Origin: Paraspadella gotoi
Taxonomy: Eukaryota > Animalia > Chaetognatha
DNA: 37,212 nucleotides
Assembly: GCA_051294375.1 (NCBI GenBank)
Contig: JBJCIZ010001670.1
Span: 1 to 37,212, forward strand
Direction of reading: 5' to 3'
This document shows positions 23,705 to 34,400 of the stretch, one piece after another (the stretch's first letter is position 1; each line of letters opens with the position of its first letter). Below the pieces are notes generated by a model. That model worked only from the letters and a program-made list of their open reading frames with translations. It had not been told where the DNA came from and did not search any database. The position numbers and the translations under genes were made by a program.

Positions 23705-23779
23705 GGCAGTTAAGAGGGACGGGGCGCTTAACCCGCCTGTAACATGTGTTACAGCCTGATCCGAAACTCAGGGACTGCT
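23705..23779 (+). ncRNA. Putative type-P5 twister ribozyme in TRIM-1 3' LTR
   Basis: Same layout; P5 GGCAGTT/GACTGCT, P3 CTGTAACA-TG-TGTTACAG, P4 CCTGA/TCAGG. The loop reads TCCGAAAC (T2 mismatch). Predicted cleavage at 23729/23730. Confidence 0.65.
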
Positions 23780-23878
23780 TATATTGAACGTTCTGTATTA
23801 ACACATATCAATAATTACTGTCTCTTCAATCCAAGAGCGGATGTGGAGACGATGCCGCGAGCAGTTTACCGTCCATTG

Positions 23879-23956
23879 CACACAAGGTCCGACTTCGGAT
23901 CGGGCTGTAGTCGACACTACAAGGTGGGTTAGCGCCCCGTCCCGCTTTACTTGTTG
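23879..23956 (-). ncRNA. Putative type-P5 twister ribozyme in TRIM-2 3' LTR
   Basis: Minus strand ...CAAGTAAAGCGG-GA-CGG-GGCGC-TAA-CCC-AC-CTTGTAGTGTCGACTACAG-CCCGA-TCCGAAGT-CGG-ACCTTGTGTG, with a few single-base indels versus the 5' LTR copy. Confidence 0.6.
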
Positions 23957-24072
23957 AATCAGCAGGGCGCGAACCCGAGTCCTTTGGGTTGGAGGAGCTC
24001 GTGCTACCTCCGCGCCATAGGTGCTGCTGATCTCGGACCGAGTAGTGGGGTATGAAATACACCACTACACAA

Positions 24073-24081
24073 TCCCCCCCT
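24073..24081 (-). promoter_or_regulatory. Polypurine tract of TRIM-2
   Basis: TCCCCCCCT on + strand next to the LTR end. Confidence 0.8.
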
Positions 24082-24241
24082 AGGCATCACACACCCGCGC
24101 AAGTGTGATGGCTATGATGCACGCGTTGTGCCGAGCACTCTAGGAGGGGCTGCCTTTTCTGCTCCCGTCTTCACACACGATGGTCGAGGGCAGAGGTGTG
24201 TAACATGCCCGGCAGAGGTGATAACGTGCCAGCGTGTTCGT

Positions 24242-24254
24242 GTGGGGCTCACCA
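24242..24254 (-). promoter_or_regulatory. Primer-binding site of TRIM-2
   Basis: TGGTGAGCCCCAC one base after the LTR CA; first 10 nt identical to the TRIM-1 PBS. Confidence 0.8.
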
Positions 24255-24293
24255 ATGTGGAAGACGAATGCGCGAGCAGTTTACCGTCCATTG

Positions 24294-24377
24294 CACACAA
24301 AGGTCCCGAAACTTCGGATCGGGCTGTAGTCCGACACTACAGGTGGTTAGACGCCCCGTCCCGCTTTTACTTGTGTG
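24294..24377 (-). ncRNA. Putative type-P5 twister ribozyme in TRIM-2 5' LTR
   Basis: Minus strand CACACAAGT(P5)-AAAAGC-GG-GA-CGG-GGCGTC-TAA-CC-AC(T2)-CTGTAG..CTACAG(P3)-CCCGA(P4)-TCCGAAGT(T)-TCGGG(P4')-ACCTTTGTGTG(P5'). Predicted cleavage at 24349/24348. Confidence 0.75.
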
Positions 24378-24454
24378 AATCAGCAGGGCGCGAACCCGAG
24401 TCCTTTGGGTTGGGAGGAGCTCGTGCTACCTCCGCGCCATAGGTGCTGCTGATT
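24378..24454 (-). promoter_or_regulatory. tRNA-like module (putative Pol III promoter) in TRIM-2 5' LTR; second copy at ~23957-24031
   Basis: Minus strand A-box-like TGGCGCGGAGG(TAGC), CTCCCAA and B-box-like GGGTTCGCGCCC, enclosed by the 9-bp stem AATCAGCAG/CTGCTGATT. Confidence 0.7.
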
Positions 24455-25069
24455 CTCGGACAGTAGTGGGGTATGAAAACTACCACTACACGGATTTATC
24501 TAAACACCGTTATATATTTAAATATTTAAGTAGTAATATTATGTTAGAACTCTATTCGGTATTTCTTTCTCTCTCATTTGGAATAAGCAAGAGTTTGTTT
24601 GTACTTAAATCTAATTCCCTATGGAATAAATTAGAAACTGTCGATTGAGTTTAAAGAATATTTTCGAATGTGCCCTGATCAATGTCAAATGTTTGAGTGT
24701 TGGTCATTGCGGTTAGAACCGTTACGTGTAGATTCATTAAAAGGGCACACATGCAGATGCGAGGGCTAATAGAGAAAACGCCCCTATTACCTAAATATAT
24801 TAATGACATGAATGATTTTAAATTAGGCAGAAGGGCTGTTTGTCCTTCGAATTTTTAGTGAAGTGCCCAATAATTATGCGATTTAACTTTACACGTTACT
24901 TTATGTGATATTTTTTGTTTTCTGTATAGGATACCTTTCGTATTCGAGAAAAGTGTTGAAAAGATCAANNNNNNNNNNNNNNNNNNNNNNNNNNNNNNNN
25001 NNNNNNNNNNNNNNNNNNNNNNNNNNNNNNNNNNNNNNNNNNNNNNNNNNNNNNNNNNNNNNNNNNNNA

Positions 25070-25865
25070 CATTAAAATTAGAAGTACATTGCATGGTTTT
25101 TCTTTCTTTGTCCCTTTCTATCATATATTCTTATTACTGCTATGAGGTAAAAGGAAAAATAGTGTAATAGTAAGTAAAGATTTATCACCGATGCATTATC
25201 TGATTAGTCTAATTCGATCATAGGTACCATTCAAAATAGTTTGCTCAAATCCAATTTTTTAATTTATAACTAAAATACTCTGTACCTATCTATCTGAAAA
25301 TAGAGATAAAAACAGAATTCAGCGCAGCATGCAAAAGAATAATAAAGAAGTAAAAATCACCATTAAATTACTTCAGTCTTGATTTACAATACATAATATA
25401 TTTAAATTTCAAAGTAAAATTATACAAATTAACCTTGGGAAGATTTAACGGGTTAACGTTAAAAATATTTTAGTTTTACACGGAGTATAAGCTAACATTT
25501 TTCTACAACGATTAACGTCTATCGGAACCCTCAACAAAACCGCCCGGAAAAACTTGCGCGTCAAAATATCGACCAAACGCGAAGCAGTTTTAAACAAAGA
25601 TCTATCTATCTGTCTGTCTATCTATCTGTCTGGTCTACTCTGTCTGCTTCATATCTGCTTATCTTTAATCGGTAGCCCACTTTTGCAGTCTTTTCCATTA
25701 TCATTTAAAAATGTGTAAGTTAATAAATGTTGTGTAAAAAAAAACTGTGAAATATTAAAGATTCCAAAGACTTTTAATAATTATTTTGCTTAACTAAATC
25801 CAGATGAACGGCAGACAAACGCAAAAGTACTCGCATAAATGCCCGATCGATCGAGAGAGACATTG

Positions 25866-25930
<65 letters not shown>

Positions 25931-26100
25931 CGAGCGACGAGGAGAGAGAGAGAGAGAGAGAGAGAGATTCTCCTTTCCCTTCCCCTCATCGCTAACACGA
26001 AAATCGTAAATAAAACAAAAAAATGCAAACAAATAACGGAAAGGAGACGTAAAGAGAACTAACAGAGAGGAGAGCAGAGAGAGGAGACGAAAGACTGAGA
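25070..26100 (+). repeat. Inverted copy of 14150-15090, including one end of the hAT-like MITE and the AGAY tract
   Basis: E.g. AAACAAAGATCTATCTATCTGTCTGTCT (25592) and CCTTTCCCTTCCCCTCATCGCTAAC (25972) are reverse complements of 14600-14625 and 14250-14275. Confidence 0.85.
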
Positions 26101-28635
26101 CGAAGAGAGAGAGAGAGAAGAGAGAGAAGAGAGAGAAAGAATCAGAGGCGCTAAAGTATCTAAGAAAATAGAGAGGGTGACGTGTAAATTCCTCGGCGCG
26201 TCTCCTAGAGGTTCGTGAAAGGTGAGGGTAAAGTAAGCTAGGTCGAATAGAGTACCACACGTAAGAGTTTATAGGTTGAGAGACAGAGGGTGAAAGAATG
26301 TAATAAATGATCTTCATAGAATAAATAAACTAATAAAATAATAAATAACGAATGAATGAATTGACCAACCCGAGAGTGAGATGAAGCTCCCATAGACTAT
26401 GCAATAGTACTTAATGACATGAAGATGACATGTCATTATTGTAATGACTCATGCGCACCTTTGATGAATCTCAAAAATTAACAATTTAAAAACATCAATT
26501 TCAATCAACTCTAATTTTTAATTTTCAATCAATTAAATAATGGCTCACTTATTAAGTAAGCGCAATGATTACAGTGTTGAATATTTTACAAAAAATTAAT
26601 TTAATGAGGGGGGGTCTGTCCTGGGCCGGGTGATTGAAATATCACCTGAAGAAATACAGCTGTTGAATTTTCACAAAAGTAGAAAGACCAAGTGTATAGG
26701 ATTCTAGATTCCAAATTCCAGACCACAGATACCTGAAACATTTGGCGTATATGAAGGTTGGGAAAAAGGCATGGCGAAGTAAACAGGGTTGCGATAAGGA
26801 CTCAGCTCATGGCGCATGTATACTCGAAAATGGTAGAATAGGTACTATTTGGTAACAGTCGTTCGAGAAAAGTTGTTTATAGTAGTGAATGTATCACGTT
26901 CAGACTTCACTCAGATCTACTCGAGAGCTTCGAACTCGTGAAAAATGGATGAGTTAGATGTCCTCATTTGAGCATCAATTGTAAAGAAAGTACTGGTTCG
27001 TTTAGCAGCGACAGCGGGGGCGAAAATAAGTCTCGGGGCCGTGCACAAAAGCGAGGTAAGGTCTGGGAGGGAAGTAGAGCTGCTGAGTGGAAAGAGTTGG
27101 TTGTAGTTAGGAGCATCATGTCTAGGGAATCATTTGATACGAAGGCTTGAAGATTCTTATGAAAAGCAAGAAAATATTATTTTGAAATTAAAACACCCTG
27201 CTATATTTGAACTTTAAAATTGAGTTTATTGTTCACCTGATTAATAGGTACCCAGGAGTTTTCGTGCGCCTGACAGATAAAATTAAAGTTTAGAATTATT
27301 GTTCGTTTTATAAATATAGAAAGTGTTATGTCGGCATATTCCCCAAAACAAATCGTCTGAAAAATTAAATGAAATTGCATTGTTTAAAATAATGTGTATT
27401 TTATTTCATAAAAATCTACTCGAGCCGACAAATTAATGAAAATATCCAGTTATCACTCCGATTCTAGGAATGAGTAGAAAATCCTAAAATTCTTATTTTA
27501 ATTCTTTTTTTTCATTTTTTTATTTTTAGAAAATTCTTAAATCTGATCAGGAAGTGTCTGATAAAAATTGTTTTCGTAATCATTTTATTTTCTTCATGAA
27601 TAAAACGTCAAGGAATTTCTATACCGTTATAATATATACCGATTGACTTAAAAAAACGAAAAACCTCAAAGAATAGAACAAAGTTAAGCGCCGACTCGGA
27701 TCTCAGTCCGACACAATTTTTTCGGTTTCAAACATTGTAACCGTCTCCAGGGAAAGGGCCTCGCGATAAATTCCTACTCTCTTCGAACCTCCCATGATAC
27801 CTGCTCCTCCCGGCTGTCCTGCCGTCCTCTGTCTTCCTCCTCCTCTCCTCGCATTAACCCTTTAGATACTGTAACCTTCCTTATCCCGGTAAATACCTTC
27901 CTTCCCTTACACCTCCGGCCCTCTTAATGCGCGCGCCAAACACTTCCCCCGGCTTTTCGTCGTCTCAATTTTGCGTCTGTAATGGATCTAGTTGTCGTTG
28001 CTCTTTGTCAGCCCGAACAAATACCGGGAAGAGAGGGATTGGGGGTGGGAGAGGAGAGCTGACCGAGCAACGACCCGAGGAATGGAGAAAGAAGTTAGTA
28101 TGAAGCCCGAGAGAGATGATGGGAATAATAGAAACCAGATAAGGGGAAATGCAGCTCCGTGAGAAGAGAGCGCAGATTAGCAGAAAAAGATGTGAGAGAG
28201 ATGAGATGAGCAGCTCCTTTCAAACGCCAATTTCGTTTTTCTTATTAAATCTCTGTGAAGAGGGTGTTTTTGTCTACCGTCATTGGCCTTGTAGTTGTCG
28301 ATTTGTCGCTTGGTCTGTTGTCATTTTCATTTTGTCTTCTGTTCATTTGTCCTTGTCGTTGTCAAATATTGTCAGACTGTCATCCTACGTATTAATCAAG
28401 TTTAAGAGAGAGAAATCCAACTGGACTTTTCTCAATAGAAGAGCAGGACAGCAGAGTATGACGAGGAGAGCGAGATCACGCACGAGTTAAAAGAAAAGGA
28501 AGAGAGGAGAGAGAGAGACGTAGAGAAATAAAGTAATACTTTGGTATGACCAAAACCCGCGTAGGCAATAAAAGAAATCAAACGCTTAAAGGTGTTGTAA
28601 TATTAAAAGACTTCCGTAGCTCTACTGCGTTAAAA

Positions 28636-29437
28636 AAACAAGAGGCGTTCTGTGCAAAAGCAAATAATTGTCCGCATCTGCCACGAAACGTCCACGAACA
28701 TTCACGCCGATTGGTAATGTGATTTATTGAAGTTAATGTTGTAATTAACAAAATACCGATTTTGTAAAAAATAATAATATAAACACCCTAGCAATCCCTT
28801 AAAAATATTATTTTAATTAATAAATTTAATTATAAATTGGGCATTCTCGACACATGTTTGGTTTTTTATGGTCTTTTTTCGTCACTTGACCACGACAAAA
28901 GCAACGACGACGATGATGGCGACGACCTCCAAAATGCCGATAACGATTGACTTGATTGATTGATTAATCGATTAAATAATTAATTAATTAATTAATAAAT
29001 TTATTGATTGAATAATTAATTAATAAATAATTAAATAAATTAATTGGTTGAATAATTAATTGATTGATTAATTGACCGAATAATTAATTATTTATTAGGT
29101 AATTGATTATTTAACTGATTAATTATTTAATTTTTCAATTAATTAATTAATTGAAAAAATAATGCAATTTGAAAAAATGATGCAAGTTAAAAAATGATGC
29201 AAGTTAAAAAAAATGATTCAAGTTGAAAAAATTATTTGTTTGTACCAAAGTAACAGTTCAATTTAATCCCTTGCAAGCGATTTACATGTATAGGCGCAGC
29301 CATTGGATTGATATGGTACCATTTGTTCTGATCAATTAGGATCACAAATTGAAAGAATTCTCGTCATTTATCATCTGATTAGCTGATTACCGCTTAATTA
29401 TCGTAGGCAGATCCGACATTGTTTGCTCAAACTTGTT
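28636..29437. mobile_element. Duplicate of the 17061-17756 inverted-repeat element
   Basis: Right end TCGTAGGCAGATCCGACATTGTTTGCTCAAACTTGTT is intact; left end is noisy. Confidence 0.6.
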
Positions 29438-30035
29438 TTATTTCATCCCAATTTTCCCATTTTAATCCTTTTTTTTTCCCTTCCTTCTCTCTCTCACCTT
29501 CAAAGGGCAGCTGTCGGTTCATGCTTCATTTTTTTTGCGGTTTTTCTCTTCCATATTTTTCCCTTTGAATAAATAAATGGTATTCAATATTCGATTTGAT
29601 CCGCCTCAAAATTCCATCAGGAAATATTAAAAAATATCTCTCAGGATTTTTAGGTTTTTTTAAATTGAAAAATAAATAAAAGATTAAAACGGAATCCTAA
29701 TGAAAAAAAGCTCTTTTTCTTTTTTTCTCTCTCTCTCTTTCTCTCTCTCNNNNNNNNNNNNNNNNNNNNNNNNNNNNNNNNNNNNNNNNNNNNNNNNNNN
29801 NNNNNNNNNNNNNNNNNNNNNNNNNNNNNNNNNNNNNNNNNNNNNNNNNNNNNNNNNNNNNNNNNNNNNNNNNNNNNNNNNNNNNNNNNNNNNNNNNNNN
29901 NNNNNNNNNNNNNNNNNNNNNNNNNNNNNNNNNNNNNNNNNNNNNNNNNNNNNNNNNNNNNNNNNNNNNNNNNNNNNNNNNNNNNNNNNNNNNNNNNNNN
30001 NNNNNNNNNNNNNNNNNNNNNNNNNNNNNNNNNNN

Positions 30036-30069
<34 letters not shown>

Positions 30070-31316
30070 ATGTTTCCCTAATCTTTGTCTAATGAACTGT
30101 TCCGGTCTCTTCACACCTTTTCGCGCCAAATTCGCTCTCCTTATCTTTTCTTATCAAATTTGCCTTCAAATTAATTCCCTTTTTTTTTAAAGCAGGAAAT
30201 GAAAAATTTTCAAGACAAAAAGTCTGAATTATCACATAATTTGCAAATTGTATTATGAGTTATTGAGCGAAGAAGGGAAATATTTTTGAATTTGTTTTAA
30301 CATTTAACATTTACGACATGTGAGATAATTTATCATGAAATATTTTTTTTAAATTTAATTTAAATTTAATGAAACCTTTCAAAATATCCTCCTCTCGGGT
30401 TGATATTTTTTTTAAACTCAGTTGTTGTCTTTGTAAATTGGTTATGTGAACTTTTTACCATAAATACGAATTAAAACTTGGACTTAATAAAAAAACAATC
30501 AAAACAACCGTGGTGTACCTTGCCCGACCCGAACATTCGTGATCGTGTTCGTGTGCTTTCGTGTGTTGACCTCNNNNNNNNNNNNNNNNNNNNNNNNNNN
30601 NNNNNNNNNNNNNNNNNNNNNNNNNNNNNNNNNNNNNNNNNNNNNNNNNNNNNNNNNNNNNNNNNNNNNNNNNNNNNNNNNNNNNNNNNNNNNNNNNNNN
30701 NNNNNNNNNNNNNNNNNNNNNNNNNNNNNNNNNNNNNNNNNNNNNNNNNNNNNNNNNNNNNNNNNNNNNNNNNNNNNNNNNNNNNNNNNNNNNNNNNNNN
30801 NNNNNNNNNNNNNNNNNNNNNNNNNNNNNNNNNNNNNNNNNNNGCGAAAAATTGGAGTAAAGTGGGGAAGAGGTGATAGGAGGGGAAGGGAAGGGTGGGG
30901 ATAAAGGGGATGTGGAAGGGACAATTGTCAGCAGGAGAGGAAGGGAATAAGAAGGGAAGGGGAAGAAATTTCAGGAGGGGAAGGGAAAGAAGAAATGGCA
31001 TGATTGTATAAATATAATTTGTAATTTATAATATAATTTAAGAAACAACGTAAATACTGCTAGATAATTTTGTTCTGTTTAATACTGCATCTGTATTTAG
31101 CTTAACTATGTTTAATTATTCAAACGCTATTATATTTTGTTTTTGAAAAAAAAATTATCATCAGTTCCTAGCATTCAGCTTATTTTGGTGACAATCGGCG
31201 TTGTAATCAGCCTTTGATGTCGACTCAATGAAACTGATATTGCAATTCTTTGCATCATTTCCTTGCCGCTCCTCCCCGTTCTTCTCCTCTTCCTCCTTTC
31301 CCTCCTCGAAAACGCA

Positions 31317-31442
<126 letters not shown>

Positions 31443-34400
31443 TGTGTGAAATTGGATGACGGGGAAATAAAGGGGAGCGACAAACAAAAGGCGCTCAAAA
31501 CATCGAGAATCTGTCGGACAAAAGAACAAATAAACTGGCGGTCGTTTTTTAAGGAGATGGTGGTGGGAGAAAAAAGGGGTGGAGGGGGGCGTCTATCCGA
31601 TAGAGCGATTAATTAACCAGCATTATCTCTTATATTCATCATTTATTATCATAGATACGAAGATGGAACACTGATAGAANNNNNNNNNNNNNNNNNNNNN
31701 NNNNNNNNNNNNNNNNNNNNNNNNNNNNNNNNNNNNNNNNNNNNNNNNNNNNNNNNNNNNNNNNNNNNNNNNNNNNNNNNNNNNNNNNNNNNNNNNNNNN
31801 NNNNNNNNNNNNNNNNNNNNNNNNNNNNNNNNNNNNNNNNNNNNNNNNNNNNNNNNNNNNNNNNNNNNNNNNNNNNNNNNNNNNNNNNNNNNNNNNNNNN
31901 NNNNNNNNNNNNNNNNNNNNNNNNNNNNNNNNNNNNNNNNNNNNNNNNNNNNNNNNNNNNNNNNGAGAGAGATCGGATTTCATCTCTCTCTTTTCTCTCT
32001 CAAAAAAACGGCTCGATTGTGCGACAACGGGATTTGAGAGAGATCAGTCGCTCTTTTCGCCGGCAGAGGGCGGTTCGTTGGCTGCCGCTGCGGCGGCGGC
32101 TGAAGCGGCGGCGGCGGCGATCGACGTAATTGAAGGCAAAAAATGGGCGTCAAATGGCGGCGGCGTCGGCGGCGGAAACGGCGGATATGAGCCAAATACT
32201 GCGGNNNNNNNNNNNNNNNNNNNNNNNNNNNNNNNNNNNNNNNNNNNNNNNNNNNNNNNNNNNNNNNNNNNNNNNNNNNNNNNNNNNNNNNNNNNNNNNN
32301 NNNNNNNNNNNNNNNNNNNNNNNNNNNNNNNNNNNNNNNNNNNNNNNNNNNNNNNNNNNNNNNNNNNNNNNNNNNNNNNNNNNNNNNNNNNNNNNNNNNN
32401 NNNNNNNNNNNNNNNNNNNNNNNNNNNNNNNNNNNNNNNNNNNNNNNNNNNNNNNNNNNNNNNNNNNNNNNNNNNNNNNNNNNNNNNNNNNNNNNNNNNN
32501 NNNNNNNNNNNNNNNNNNNNNNNNNNNNNNNNNNNNNNNNNNNNNNNNNNNNNNNNNNNNNNNNNNNNNNNNNNNNNNNNNNNNNNNNNNNNNNNNNNNN
32601 NNNNNNNNNNNNNNNNNNNNNNNNNNNNNNNNNNNNNNNNNNNNNNNNNNNNNNNNNNNNNNNNNNNNNNNNNNNNNNNNNNNNNNNNNNNNNNNNNNNN
32701 NNNNNNNNNNNNNNNNNNNNNNNNNNNNNNNNNNNNNNNNNNNNNNNNNNNNNNNNNNNNNNNNNNNNNNNNNNNNNNNNNNNNNNNNNNNNNNNNNNNN
32801 NNNNNNNNNNNNNNNNNNNNNNNNNNNNNNNNNNNNNNNNNNNNNNNNNNNNNNNNNNNNNNNNNNNNNNNNNNNNNNNNNNNNNNNNNNNNNNNNNNNN
32901 NNNNNNNNNNNNNNNNNNNNNNNNNNNNNNNNNNNNNNNNNNNNNNNNNNNNNNNNNNNNNNNNNNNNNNNNNNNNNNNNNNNNNNNNNNNNNNNNNNNN
33001 NNNNNNNNNNNNNNNNNNNNNNNNNNNNNNNNNNNNNNNNNNNNNNNNNNNNNCTTTTCGGGAACAAAGGTTAGATGTGAGTCGGTAACTCGACCAAATT
33101 AGGACAGAATGCATCCTCTTTATACTCTATTCATGTTTTTTTTTTTTGCCAAACTTTTGGTGTTTTAAAATTGGTACGTACAACCAATATAATAATTATT
33201 CATATTGATAAACAAGCTATCTTGCCCCTGACTTTGGACAGGCGATGGTGGGTTTGGGCCTTTTGACTCTTGTGTCTCGAGCGGCGCTATTTGGATTCCA
33301 ATTTTTGTTGTTGTAGTTGTTGTAGCAGTTGTTATTGTTGTTTTCTTTTTGCCTTGATTCATCATTGCATCATCGTTACCCAATTGAAAAGTGGTTGAAA
33401 ATGCTAAATTTTGTTCGTTTGTTTATCTTATGTTTTGACGTTGTCTGGATTATATTGTTCTATTCTTTGTCTTCGTCGCCGTCGTCGTCGTCGCACAAAA
33501 AATGGCGCCATAACAATGTGGAGGAAGGGGAAAGTTGCTCGCAAAATTGCGGGGGAGAAATCCAAAAGGAAAGGGAGACATTAATGAAGAGAGAGAGGGA
33601 GAGATAGAGAGAGAGAGAGCAAGAGAGAGAGAGAGAGAGAGAGGAGAGGATAAGATGAGAGAGAGAGGAGCAGAGAGAGAGAGAGAGGTGTCGCTTGATG
33701 GAGACAAAAGCCGGTTTAAAGGAAAGGTTTCCCCCAGAATCGGCCCATTACTCGGAGACAAAGGAGCAATGCCGGAGCTTTTTCGTGGGTATAGCATTGG
33801 GGAGTTGTGGCGGAGTGTGGGGATGAAGTGGAGAAGTATGGTGGTTTCGAGTGGGATTGTGGTGGTGGTATTTTAGAAGTTGGTCGAAGATTGATCCGCG
33901 GTGATGAGAGTGAGTTGAAAACCCGAGAGTGAGTTCGTCTTTGATACTTATCATTGGTTGAGGTAAGGATGAGCGCCTTGGCTTTGAGAAGAAGGGGAAG
34001 GTAAGATTCAGGGCCACGTTTGTCGTAAGCGCACCTTTTCAGCTTTAATTTAAAATTATATTTTTTTTAGGTTTAAAGATTAGGTTTAAGGATTAAGGAT
34101 TAGGGTTAAGCATTATTTTTGCTTTTTTGATTTGCTTAGGGTTTGGTTGTTCATTTAGTTTGAGATTAAGGTAATTAGTGTATAAAGTAAAATAGTTTTA
34201 TTTTTATATAACAATGGTTAAATTTTTTAATTTGTTTCGGTTTTATTAGCAAACCTTCGTCAGCTCATTTATGACAAATTGAATTTTTAAGATTAATTAT
34301 AATACTTAAGGGAGTGGTCTTTTCATACAATTGAAACATTCTTTGAAACATTATACCACTTCATTGATAGGGAAGCCAGGTACTCTGGGAGTGAATAAAC

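Larger units (their letters stand above)
23192..23828 (+). mobile_element. TRIM-1: non-autonomous miniature LTR retrotransposon with tRNA-like sequence in its LTRs (Helenus/TRIMp3-like)
   Basis: Direct repeats at 23192-23423 and 23601-23828 (3' LTR is TG...CA; 5' LTR lacks the first TG). PBS TGGTGAGCCCGAC at 23424; PPT GGGAGGGGGGGA at 23589-23600; 177-bp non-coding interior. Flanks are ATAC / ATCC (right flank ATAC in the duplicate at 36535), consistent with a 4-bp TSD. Confidence 0.9.
23842..24490 (-). mobile_element. TRIM-2: second, diverged miniature LTR retrotransposon with tRNA-like LTRs
   Basis: Direct repeats at 23842-24069 and 24256-24490, both TG...CA. Perfect 4-bp TSD CGGA (23838-23841 and 24491-24494). 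Minus-strand PBS TGGTGAGCCCCAC (24254-24242) and PPT AGGGGGGGA (24081-24073). Confidence 0.92.
15430..24968 (+). repeat. ~9.5-kb duplicated block, copy 1
   Basis: Collinear with 26270-37125. Near-identical stretches include 17170-18050 vs 28850-29745 and 20715-22510 vs 33054-34905. Confidence 0.95.

Noticed and set aside
23744-24442. Short ORFs (60-104 aa) across the TRIMs
   Set aside because: They cross LTR boundaries, are not preserved between LTR copies and show no gag or pol motifs
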